Source of the DNA: Candidatus Melainabacteria bacterium 17Bon1m
Lineage (GTDB): Bacteria; Cyanobacteriota; Vampirovibrionia; Obscuribacterales; Obscuribacteraceae
Length of the DNA stretch: 64,000 bases
Assembly (NCBI GenBank): GCA_032128875.1
Contig: JAVLKG010000003.1
Location: forward strand, 664,874 to 728,873
Direction: 5' to 3'
Every line of letters starts with the position of its first letter. Position 1 is the stretch's first letter. The notes beneath the pieces were generated by a model. It did not search any database, had not been told where the DNA came from, and was given only the letters and a program-made list of their open reading frames with translations. The position numbers were made by a program, and so were the translations under genes. Positions 29,693 to 39,008 of this stretch are shown piece by piece.

Positions 29693-31087
29693 ATGATCCG
29701 GAGTTTTTTAGTGAAAACAAATTTGCGCACGGTTGCTCTTCTCACTTCACTGTTGGCGGTACTGAACAGCTTTCCACTTAAAAGTCCGGCTGCTGATGCT
29801 ACTTTTAGCGGGCAGTACACTGAGCTGACCAAAAAGATATTACTGCAGGGTATCGAGCTTGAGAGATTTAGTTTGAATTACCGTAAGGAGGTTGCAAAAC
29901 CCCCACGTTTCAGGACCCTACGCTACCTGGGAGCGCAAGAAGGCGCCGCTAGCTGCTTGTTGGCTTTTGAAATTGGAGCAATGAAGCAATTTGACAATGG
30001 TAGACGTAATCCTCTTACACTTGATACGGCTAAATTATCCAATGCTCTCAATGCCGCACTTACGGGATCGATTATTGGGGCATCGTCATCGACATTCGAA
30101 CTATCATCAAATGTGCTTCATTCATTTAAGAATGGACGCCGAGGATTCGACTCTCGTTCAGCCAATAGATTTGTCTCATCCCACCTCAAGGAAGTCGATA
30201 AGCTACTCTCACAACGCGCTGCACTTGTGGATGCCAATCAGGGCGATCCTGCATATTCTCGTATGGTTGCCGAAGGGCGAGTATTGCAGCAAATGCGTAA
30301 TTCTTTCGTGAATGAGTATTCGCAATTCAATATCGATGCAAATCGTTTTTTGGCTCTTCAAAATTCCTTTTTCTTGCTGAATACTGCTTACAACACATTG
30401 GGAGCGGTTGGGGCCGGACTTGGTAAACAAGGTATTACAAAACCTGCAGCGAATGGACCGTCCAATATACTTTTCATTGTTTCCGGTGCCATTGCTGGCG
30501 CTACTCCGACGCTCAGCTACTTGAGCGGCAAATTGGCGGAGCATCGCTCAAGGCGCGCCTTAGCCCGTGAGATAGGCAGCGATCATATTTTCGATCCTGA
30601 GTCGTTTGCCAAAGCTTGCGCGGAATTGCACAATTTAAGCGGGGCGGAGCCGGGAAGCTTGATCCCGTCCTTGCCGCAGACGGAAAGGTTTGCTCTCTAC
30701 AGTGAGTCAAGCAGTCGTTTTCAAAAGCAACTCGACAATGAAACCACCATGGTTCGCCGCATTGATAAGGTCGCCTTGGGAAATGCCTTTGCCGGTCCTG
30801 CCATCGGTGGTCTTTTAATGACTCAAGGTGTGATAGGAACCTTTGGTTACTATCATTATGGAGCCAGTCGCCTCCACCGTCTCAGAAAAGAATTCGATCA
30901 GCTCTACAAAGGAACGCTAGTTGGTACTGTAGGCGCAGGCATGAATGTAGTGGGAAACGCAGCATTCCTGCTCGGGACGCTTGCTTATGAACACAAGCTA
31001 TCCAAGGAAAAGAGGTTGCCCGCACAGTTAATAGCCGAGCGCCTTAATTATTTAGATGAAGTTGAGAAAACCGTGAAGTCTATGTGA
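29693..31087 (+). CDS. Hypothetical exported helical protein with Gly-rich hydrophobic hairpins
   Basis: 464-aa ORF with a signal peptide; amphipathic helices alternate with Gly/Ala-rich paired hydrophobic segments. Confidence 0.75.
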   Translation: MIRSFLVKTNLRTVALLTSLLAVLNSFPLKSPAADATFSGQYTELTKKILLQGIELERFSLNYRKEVAKPPRFRTLRYLGAQEGAASCLLAFEIGAMKQFDNGRRNPLTLDTAKLSNALNAALTGSIIGASSSTFELSSNVLHSFKNGRRGFDSRSANRFVSSHLKEVDKLLSQRAALVDANQGDPAYSRMVAEGRVLQQMRNSFVNEYSQFNIDANRFLALQNSFFLLNTAYNTLGAVGAGLGKQGITKPAANGPSNILFIVSGAIAGATPTLSYLSGKLAEHRSRRALAREIGSDHIFDPESFAKACAELHNLSGAEPGSLIPSLPQTERFALYSESSSRFQKQLDNETTMVRRIDKVALGNAFAGPAIGGLLMTQGVIGTFGYYHYGASRLHRLRKEFDQLYKGTLVGTVGAGMNVVGNAAFLLGTLAYEHKLSKEKRLPAQLIAERLNYLDEVEKTVKSM

Positions 31088-31116
31088 GTAGCGCAGCGCT
31101 TGGCGCGCCTGGCACT

Positions 31117-33627
31117 TTATTCACTAGCTTGGTTGTTGCGTTGCCCCTTCGTTTCGAGAGTCTTGATGTCTTCCGGCGTGAGCGGCGGAGGCGGGTCGAG
31201 GTTAAGTGTGATTTTGTTCAGTTTGCCGGTAAAACAAAATGGTGTCTGATAGTCTTCGTCGGCAACTGGAGTGCCGGTATCAGAGCCGATATCGAAATTC
31301 TCGTCCCACTGAAGAATGATAGGCAAGGTATTCGGCATCTTCTTGCGGGCAACCTCTTTCCCGTCTACCATGAGAATACCGGTGCCACTACGACCAATAC
31401 CACTGAGATTGTTGTAGGCGAGGGTTTGCGCACCCAGTCCATCATATTTGAACTGGAATTCCAGTAAGTGTTTGCCGGGCTTCAGCGCCTCAGAGCCCTC
31501 CCACTTTACGTGATCGAGTCCAACCATATTCCAGCAGAAAACCGGTTTGCTCTTTAATACATAGAAGCCATAGCCGGCAAAACGTCCTCCGCAAGTCAAA
31601 AGCATTCCGTCCGCTCCGTTTTCGGGAATGTCTATGTCTGCTAAGAGTTTGTATGACGTATTGAGCAGTGACGGCGCATCGCCCAGAGGAATACCGGTCT
31701 GAGGCCTGGTGTAGATAAACTCGCGCCTGCCGGCAGTTATATTCGGTTTAGCGCTGGCAATTCTTGTTGCGCAGCTAGCATCAAGAGGCAGAACTTGATA
31801 CTTTTTCGCTTCTTCCAAGAACATTCGCTTGAGTTCATCTAGCTTTGCCTTATTTGACTCGGCGAGATTATTGCACTGAGTTGGATCTTTGGTTAGATCA
31901 TAGAGTTCCCATGTTACGTTGTTCAATGGATCTGTATTTACGGGTCCTGATGTAATCCATGGTGGACGTACAACTTTAGTCGAAGCAATCCAACCATCGT
32001 GATACAGTGCATGGTCACCCATCATCTCGAAGTACTGCGTCTTATGTTTTGAAGGCGCGGTGCTTTCGTCGAAGGTATAAACGAAACTGGTGCCTTCGAT
32101 TGGCTTTTGGTCTATTCCGTCTACACTTTCAGGTGCATTTATACGTGTTGCTTCCAGTATCGAAGGCATTACATCGATCACGTGATGAAACTGATTGCGA
32201 ATACCGCCCTGCTCCTTTATACGGTCAGGCCAAGAAACGCACATTCCCTGGGTGGTGCCACCGAGGTGGGAAGCAATTTGTTTCGTCCATGAGAAAGGAG
32301 TGTCGAATGCCCATGTCCAGCCCACTGCCATATGATTATAGGTGCGGTCGGTTCCCCACGCATCGTAAAAGTTCTTGAGTTGGGATTCAACCGGGACATC
32401 AACGCCGTTAAACATTGCAACTTCGTTTGGAGTGCCTGTCGGAGTGCCCTCAGCGCTGGAGCCATTATCACCACTCACGTAAATGCAAAGCGTGTTATTC
32501 CACTTGCCCATGTCCTTAACGGCTTGAATTACGCGACCGATCTCGTGATCGGTGTAGGCAAGGTAGGCTGCGTAGACATCAGCTTGGCGAATGAACATCT
32601 TCTTTTCGTCAGCGCTCAGGCTAGACCAGTTCTTCAGTAAATCTTTGGGCCATGGCGTCAGTTGCGCCTGTTTTGAAATTATGCCCAGGCGTTTTTGATT
32701 GGCGAAGATTTGGTTGCGCAGTTCATTCCAACCCTTGTCGAACAAGTGCATGTCGCTAATTTTTTTTGTCCACTCAGGAGTAGGGTGATGTGGTGCATGC
32801 GTGCCGCCCGGAACGTAATAGCAGAAGAATGGCTTGCTTGGTTCAATTTGATTGATTTGATTGAGCCAGCCGATTGCCTCGTCCGCTTGGGCGGTTGTTA
32901 GATTCCAGCTCTTCTGTCCTATATAAGGATAGATTGGGCTCGTATTGCGGAATAGGTTTGGTTGCCACTGGCTGGTGTCTCCACCAATAAAACCGTAGAA
33001 GTATTCAAAACCCATTCCATTCGGCCAGAGATCAAACGGACCGGCTTGACTGGCTGCAAAAGACGGCGTGTTATGCGCTTTGCCGAACCATGAGGTGGAA
33101 TAGCCGTTGTCTCTCAAAATTCGGCCGATTGTTGCTCCATCTTTTGGAATTAAGCTGTTGTATCCGGGGAAGCCGGTTGCTTGCTCGGACACAACGCCAA
33201 AACCCACCGAGTGATGATTGCGTCCAGTGATTATTGCCGCTCGTGTTGGCGAGCATAATGCGGTCGAGTGAAAATTGGTGAATCGTAAACCGCTTTTTGC
33301 GACTTCATCCAGAGCGGGCGTTGGAATCACTCCACCAAAAGTGCTTGGTGCGCCAAAACCGACATCATCAGTCATTATCAAGAGAATGTTGGGTGCGCCT
33401 TTGGGAGGAACAATGCGTGGAGCCCACCAGGATTTCGAATCCAGCGCATTATCCTTAATAGTGCCTGACCACACTGGGTCTGCAGCAGGCAGTCTTTTGC
33501 CTTCGATGGTAGTTCTAGCGCTTGGTGAGCCGAGTTCACCTGTCACTTGTTGCGCTAGAGCTCCAGAAGGAGAAATCAAAAGCCCGCTAGTTAAGAAACT
33601 GAGCAGACTCGCTTGCCACTTTTTCAC
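31117..33627 (-). CDS. Secreted type I (formylglycine) arylsulfatase
   Basis: PNILLIMTDDVG, CSPTRAAIITGR (CxPxR), THAPHH and SGDNG; signal peptide. Confidence 0.93.
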   Translation of the reverse strand: MKKWQASLLSFLTSGLLISPSGALAQQVTGELGSPSARTTIEGKRLPAADPVWSGTIKDNALDSKSWWAPRIVPPKGAPNILLIMTDDVGFGAPSTFGGVIPTPALDEVAKSGLRFTNFHSTALCSPTRAAIITGRNHHSVGFGVVSEQATGFPGYNSLIPKDGATIGRILRDNGYSTSWFGKAHNTPSFAASQAGPFDLWPNGMGFEYFYGFIGGDTSQWQPNLFRNTSPIYPYIGQKSWNLTTAQADEAIGWLNQINQIEPSKPFFCYYVPGGTHAPHHPTPEWTKKISDMHLFDKGWNELRNQIFANQKRLGIISKQAQLTPWPKDLLKNWSSLSADEKKMFIRQADVYAAYLAYTDHEIGRVIQAVKDMGKWNNTLCIYVSGDNGSSAEGTPTGTPNEVAMFNGVDVPVESQLKNFYDAWGTDRTYNHMAVGWTWAFDTPFSWTKQIASHLGGTTQGMCVSWPDRIKEQGGIRNQFHHVIDVMPSILEATRINAPESVDGIDQKPIEGTSFVYTFDESTAPSKHKTQYFEMMGDHALYHDGWIASTKVVRPPWITSGPVNTDPLNNVTWELYDLTKDPTQCNNLAESNKAKLDELKRMFLEEAKKYQVLPLDASCATRIASAKPNITAGRREFIYTRPQTGIPLGDAPSLLNTSYKLLADIDIPENGADGMLLTCGGRFAGYGFYVLKSKPVFCWNMVGLDHVKWEGSEALKPGKHLLEFQFKYDGLGAQTLAYNNLSGIGRSGTGILMVDGKEVARKKMPNTLPIILQWDENFDIGSDTGTPVADEDYQTPFCFTGKLNKITLNLDPPPPLTPEDIKTLETKGQRNNQASE

Positions 33628-33705
33628 ATTTTCACCCGAGGAAATCCAAACGGACCAATGATAAATCAGAAATTCAGCTTGAAAACGCCAACAGCGCCAC
33701 CTTCT

Positions 33706-33735
33706 ACATTAATGTTTGATATCTAACATTAATGT
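33706..33735. promoter_or_regulatory. 30-bp palindrome upstream of the arylsulfatase
   Basis: ACATTAATGT-TTGATATCTA-ACATTAATGT. Confidence 0.5.
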
Positions 33736-33856
33736 CTGAGCCAGAGGCAAGACGTAATGTTTAAGCTTTCCGGTTCAAAAGCCAAAGAGTGAAAGTCTTT
33801 GGCACCATATTTAGTGGCGTCAGTCTTGTCTTTGAAGGTGGTTCTGGAATGCTTAG

Positions 33857-36800
33857 TTAGAAGCCGCCGAGGGCGGCTGCCGACGTTGCTTTTCCGGACC
33901 AGACTTCTCCGAGGCGTACAGGCTCAAGCATGTTTGCCTCGGGTGTCGGGCGTTTGAAATCGTATTTGAGAACGCTTGCTTTGGTTTTTCCATCAACAGA
34001 ACCACTCACTACGAGGTGAGCACCTGTGGTCGTACTTGTAGTTGCTACGTGTACGGCACCAGATTCGGTGAACGGATTGAAGCTGGAAGTCTCACGGAAA
34101 GGAGCATCCTTACCGCATCTGCATTGTCCCATGTACACTGCAGGACCTTTGTCCAATGCAGAGCCGCTCGAGAATACTTTTACGGTTCCACTGCCCGCTA
34201 GTTGGCTAGCGATAATTGACTTCGCGCCACCAAGTGAGCCTGCGATCCATCCTGTGGTCAGTGAGACCCCACCCGAATAGTCTTTGCCGAATGGGAAGAA
34301 GCTCGTGTTGTTTTGAAGCGTATCTGCCGGATTCGTTTGACCTTTTCTGGCTTTTTCGTTTGGATAGAATAGGCTGTAGGCGAAAGTCTTGATTTCGGTT
34401 GGGGTGCCGGCGCCTGGTGCCGTAACGATGTCCTCGCGGCCGGTCACAAAATCGACCATACCAGCGGCAACACTGACACCGGACTTATCGTCGCCATAGG
34501 GCTTAAAGCTGGCGAACAAGGTGGGTCCGCTATTAGAACCGGCCAACGGAATATCGTAGACCTTCACTTCATCTGTGATGCCCGCTGGGGAGCCTACGAT
34601 GAGGTTGTCTGACTGTGTTCCATCAATCTGTGCAGAAGCGACGGTCACACCTTCTCGTGCACTAGAGTCAAACGGCTTGAAGTGCGCAAGCTCTGTTCCG
34701 AAAATGCCTTTGCCTAGAATGGATGCTCCCGCGTAGGCGATTACTTCGGGCTCGTGATCTTTGCCGGAACCAACGAGTAAGTCGAGTATGCCGTCACCGT
34801 CTACATCGCCCATTGCGACATTGACATTGCCTTCGTAGAAGGGAAATGGAATTACGGAAGCGACAAGCCGATCATCTTCGCCGTCGTACACATGAATTTC
34901 AGTGGCTCTGCCGGGCGCACCAGGAATTGCTACCGCGTAAGTAGAAACTGCTGGTATCACGTTGATCGTCGACATCAGCCCGTTGTCTTCATGGTTGAGG
35001 CGATGGCAGTGCGTTACATAAGTACCGGTATATTCGTCGAACCGAGTACGGAACGAAAGAATACCTGGTGCGCTTACGTTCTCTTCCAAGTCAATTTTTG
35101 GTGCCGGTGCATTGGCATTGTCGACTGAAAAATTTTCTGGGCCAAAACGCGCACCGTTTGTCGGATCGTGATACTCAGTCACCTGAAAATCATTGACGTG
35201 CACATGAATAGGATGCTCGTCGTTGTTGTAGTTGACGAAGTTCCATTCCTCGATCGAATTTAGTCGAGGCTGGATCAGCGAAGTATTGGGGAATGTTTGT
35301 CCATCGAATGCATACATGAATGCTTTCGGATCATTCTTGTCTGCTAGCGAATTTAGAAATCCACCGTTCATCATAATCTTTCGCTTAACGTCCGGGGTCG
35401 CCTTGGAAAGATCAACATAAGATGTGTACGCACCAATCTTCTGACCTTCTACGAAAGCCGTAGTCACACCGCCTGGTTCCACCGCTTTTGCTCGCATAAG
35501 AACCTGCGTTGGAAATATGAAGAACCCATCAAAATAGCTGATGTACTTCGGATCAATGCTCATCCTTCCCAACACAGCGGGAGGATTTTCGGTTCCATTA
35601 CTGGTGTACATAACACCCGGGCTGCTGAGCGTTTTGGTCAGATCGTACTGTCCATTATTCACAGCAGTTTTTCCGAGATTGGGCATCTCCAAAATGAGCT
35701 CGCCTTCTGCCGGAATGGTCACCGCGATTGCAAAGCGTGTCGCCGGCGGAATCAGCAGACGCGTGCCATCGACTGTCCGCGGATAATGAACTGTTGAATA
35801 AGGGTTGCCATCTTGCCCAACAATGGCGATCTTAGGATGCCGCCCGGTCGCTGTCTCAGTTAGCTGCACATTCATATAGGCAAGGTCGCTTATATTTGCG
35901 AGTACCCATATTTCAGTTTGACCAGCCTTGCTTTTGATGACCGGCTGAAATTGACCATTCACTGTGTATTGCACGTCGCGCAGATAGTCGGGAAGTGTCG
36001 GATTCTCCGGCAGACTGCCAGCCTTTTTGTCATTTGGTGTGAAGCTCTGGAGATTGGTTGGGATGAGTGAAAACTGTCCCCTGTGATTGCGAACTGATAG
36101 CGGACCTTCATACCAGATGGTGGCAAATTTGGTGCCCTTCTTTGATTCGTTGAAATTGACCGGCATTTGCGAAGGGCGGTATTTACCACTTTCCAGTTCG
36201 CCCTTTTTCGGCGGAACTAGTGTGTTGAGCCACATCGGCCACATCGTGTTGTTGAGGTCTGCAGAGCCGCCCGCGCGATCAAAAACAAAGTTGTATTGGA
36301 GCGCCATATTGCGGACAGGAATTTTATTGTCCGTGACAAGAGGAATGTTGCCATCCGTCTTTCCAACCGCAAGTAAGCCAGCGAGCCCACAATAAGTCTG
36401 CGGCGAAGTCAGCCCATGAAGATGGCAGTGGTACCAGTACAGCCCCTGCGGCATGTTCTTCGGAATGTCGTAAGTGTAGGTGTTGGTCATGCCAGGCGGA
36501 ATGTCCAACATGACATTGTCAGCGTTTCCTTTCGGACTGATGTGAGCTCCATGGATGTGGAGATTCATCGGAGACTCTTTCATCTGCGGCGGGGTCAGTG
36601 GAATCGGCTGACCCTCGGCTGTATATGATGGAATGAAATAATCTTTGATCGTCAGATTTTTGAGTTCATTCTCAAAGTGGACGATCATCTTTTCGCCCGG
36701 ATAAACCTTGAGCGTCGGTGCTGGATAAAGATTGGTGGCGGAATTGTGTCCGTCTGATGCGGTGCCTCTGATTACTTCATAACTGAAAAGAAGAAAGTTG

Positions 36801-37063
36801 TTGACCGGCTTGGCTACTGTGTCGAGCTTTGCTTGTCCTTGTCTTGCGGTGAGGCGAACTTCGAGGACACCATCCTTGCTCGCCAACACAACCGGCTCTT
36901 TAAGATCTTGACGAATAGAGATGTCTGATTTTTTGCCAGAAGTTGTTTTGACTGAATTTGTTTTGACAACCGGTTTCCCTAAAGCAGCTTCGCCAGACCA
37001 GGCAAACGACATACAAAGGGTTGTGACACTTAGAAGTAAGCTGTACACGCGAGCATTTGACAT
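33857..37063 (-). CDS. Secreted multicopper oxidase with C-terminal FG-GAP-like repeat domain
   Basis: Cu motifs LHIHG, WYHCHLH, HPIHVH and HCHRLNHEDNGLM; GDVDGDGILDLLVG repeat; ATG at 37063 after AAGGA. Confidence 0.92.
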   Translation of the reverse strand: MSNARVYSLLLSVTTLCMSFAWSGEAALGKPVVKTNSVKTTSGKKSDISIRQDLKEPVVLASKDGVLEVRLTARQGQAKLDTVAKPVNNFLLFSYEVIRGTASDGHNSATNLYPAPTLKVYPGEKMIVHFENELKNLTIKDYFIPSYTAEGQPIPLTPPQMKESPMNLHIHGAHISPKGNADNVMLDIPPGMTNTYTYDIPKNMPQGLYWYHCHLHGLTSPQTYCGLAGLLAVGKTDGNIPLVTDNKIPVRNMALQYNFVFDRAGGSADLNNTMWPMWLNTLVPPKKGELESGKYRPSQMPVNFNESKKGTKFATIWYEGPLSVRNHRGQFSLIPTNLQSFTPNDKKAGSLPENPTLPDYLRDVQYTVNGQFQPVIKSKAGQTEIWVLANISDLAYMNVQLTETATGRHPKIAIVGQDGNPYSTVHYPRTVDGTRLLIPPATRFAIAVTIPAEGELILEMPNLGKTAVNNGQYDLTKTLSSPGVMYTSNGTENPPAVLGRMSIDPKYISYFDGFFIFPTQVLMRAKAVEPGGVTTAFVEGQKIGAYTSYVDLSKATPDVKRKIMMNGGFLNSLADKNDPKAFMYAFDGQTFPNTSLIQPRLNSIEEWNFVNYNNDEHPIHVHVNDFQVTEYHDPTNGARFGPENFSVDNANAPAPKIDLEENVSAPGILSFRTRFDEYTGTYVTHCHRLNHEDNGLMSTINVIPAVSTYAVAIPGAPGRATEIHVYDGEDDRLVASVIPFPFYEGNVNVAMGDVDGDGILDLLVGSGKDHEPEVIAYAGASILGKGIFGTELAHFKPFDSSAREGVTVASAQIDGTQSDNLIVGSPAGITDEVKVYDIPLAGSNSGPTLFASFKPYGDDKSGVSVAAGMVDFVTGREDIVTAPGAGTPTEIKTFAYSLFYPNEKARKGQTNPADTLQNNTSFFPFGKDYSGGVSLTTGWIAGSLGGAKSIIASQLAGSGTVKVFSSGSALDKGPAVYMGQCRCGKDAPFRETSSFNPFTESGAVHVATTSTTTGAHLVVSGSVDGKTKASVLKYDFKRPTPEANMLEPVRLGEVWSGKATSAAALGGF

Positions 37064-37246
37064 GAAGGGAAGTCCTTTGTGGGAGTTATGCAATGTCTTC
37101 CTATGTTTTCTTCAGCACCGCTGATGGTGCGCTTCAGATTCAACGAGCAGCAGCAGAGCCGCGCTCCTTGTGGATGCTGTTCAGCACGAACAATTTGGAA
37201 ATTATGCGGGGTCTAGCGATCATAGTTTGATTTCGACGGGTGCGGC

Positions 37247-37822
37247 TCAACGTCCCTCGCCTTTAACGAACACACTGATCGATACAATCGCACCCGTCTT
37301 GGAATCAACAGTAACTACTTTCTTGCCATCCTTGCCTACGACGCGAAAGTCAAAGACAAGCTTGCCTTCTGTTCCTGATTCCCATAGAAGAAGTTCCCAG
37401 GCCTCAACAGTGCCGGGGTATGCATTGAGTGCTTTTTCCTGGGTCTGCTCTCTGGTCAGCTTCGGTTCTTTCAATCTGGCAAGGTCTTTCTCGTTGGTGG
37501 TTTTGATTGTTTTGCCGTCTTTGCCAAGTGACTCAATCAAAATACCGATGTTGGTTTTCTTGCCTGTGTTTCCGTCCAACTCTACTTCGCTAATTCTTCC
37601 GTCTTTGCCTTTTATGTAATAAGCGTATTCAGGTATGCCATCTTCAATCTGCAGATCCCAACAAAGTAATTTACCTGGGACCAATTTCAATGAAGCTTCC
37701 TTTGCCTTTTTCTCTGAAATTTTTGCTGTTACGGTTTTGCTGGTCTTGCCTTCATCGGCCGCAAACGTTGGACCACAACCGACGGCAATTGCCAAAGCCA
37801 AAAGCGAAGACAAAAATTTCAT
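37247..37822 (-). CDS. Secreted protein with two PepSY-like domains
   Basis: Signal peptide; repeats ISEKKAKEASLKLVPG...EVELDGNTGK and LTREQTQEKALNAYPG...VTVDSKTGAI. Confidence 0.8.
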   Translation of the reverse strand: MKFLSSLLALAIAVGCGPTFAADEGKTSKTVTAKISEKKAKEASLKLVPGKLLCWDLQIEDGIPEYAYYIKGKDGRISEVELDGNTGKKTNIGILIESLGKDGKTIKTTNEKDLARLKEPKLTREQTQEKALNAYPGTVEAWELLLWESGTEGKLVFDFRVVGKDGKKVVTVDSKTGAIVSISVFVKGEGR

Positions 37823-37971
37823 AGACCCTCCAGGAAAGTACAATCGGTGCGTGCCAAAGAAGACCATATTTTACATCAGATGGATGTGCATAAGCTGGCT
37901 ACAAGATTTATTTCTGGTGGGTTAGTCTTCTGTTTGCGATAATGACGCAGACTCAACGTAAGGGACGAACA

Positions 37972-38994
37972 ATGAATCGAATGTTTTGTAAATTAGCTGT
38001 TTTTGGCATCATCGCGCTGAGATTCATTGCAACCGCTGAGCCCGCATGTGCCGGCAGCCAGTCTGGAAAGTTCACAAACTATCCCGTTCCGCAGGCGTCC
38101 CCGCACGGGATTGTTTACTTTGGCGCGGGCCCGTTGAAGGGCGTTTGGTTCACCAACTCTACCCGCGATGCAAAATCGGGAGCGGTAGAATTTTCGAGCA
38201 AAGGTGCAAAGACGACTTTCCATGCAACTCCTACTGCGGCCGCTGTGGCTGGCTCGATCAACTTTTACTCAGGCAAAGAGCCGCTTTGGTTTACTGAAAC
38301 TGGCGCCAACAAGATTGCAAGAATTGATGCATCAAGAAAGATCACCGAATTTGCAATCCCGACGGCAGGCAGCAAGCCATTTGATATCCAGCACGGCCCT
38401 GACGACGACTGCATGTGGTTTACGGAATCAGGAGCAGGCAAGATCGGGCGGATCGATTCAAACGGAAAGATTTCGGAGTTCACTGTTGGTAAGGCGGACG
38501 ATGCACCAACATCTCTTATGGCTCAAGACGGAGTTATCTGGTTTACAGAAGTTGGCAGTGGACAGATTGGCCGTCTGACGACCTCCGGGGAGGTGAAACA
38601 TTTCGCTGCTGGTAAAGGGCGACTCACCGGTGACATCACTAATAGCAACGACGGTGCCTTGTGGGCTCCCAAATTGTCGTCGGTCGTAAGGTTGAAAACC
38701 GACGGAACTCTTGATGAATTTCCGCTTCCTAATGTTGTCAACACAGGTGCGATTTTCGGACACGATGACGGTGTCTACATCGGAGCAATGAAGGCCGATG
38801 GGCAGGGAGCGATTCTCTCGATAGACGGCTCGGGCAAGGTGCATGAATACAATCTTCCTCGCAAGTATTTGATGCCGGCAGCAATGGCAATCAATCCCGA
38901 TGGCGGCTTCTTCATGACGGTTAGCAGCAGCAGGCCCGGACAATCTGTGTCTATGATCTGGCGTTTGCAACTAGATCCTACGAAGAAAAAGTAG
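37972..38994 (+). CDS. Secreted virginiamycin B lyase (Vgb)-like beta-propeller
   Basis: Repeats LWFTETGANKIARID, MWFTESGAGKIGRID and IWFTEVGSGQIGRLT. Confidence 0.82.
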   Translation: MNRMFCKLAVFGIIALRFIATAEPACAGSQSGKFTNYPVPQASPHGIVYFGAGPLKGVWFTNSTRDAKSGAVEFSSKGAKTTFHATPTAAAVAGSINFYSGKEPLWFTETGANKIARIDASRKITEFAIPTAGSKPFDIQHGPDDDCMWFTESGAGKIGRIDSNGKISEFTVGKADDAPTSLMAQDGVIWFTEVGSGQIGRLTTSGEVKHFAAGKGRLTGDITNSNDGALWAPKLSSVVRLKTDGTLDEFPLPNVVNTGAIFGHDDGVYIGAMKADGQGAILSIDGSGKVHEYNLPRKYLMPAAMAINPDGGFFMTVSSSRPGQSVSMIWRLQLDPTKKK

Positions 38995-39008
38995 CGTCAC
39001 GCACCATT

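Noticed and set aside
37972-38994. Streptogramin resistance gene vgb
   Set aside because: Only the propeller repeats are recognisable; it has a signal peptide and I could not verify the catalytic residues.
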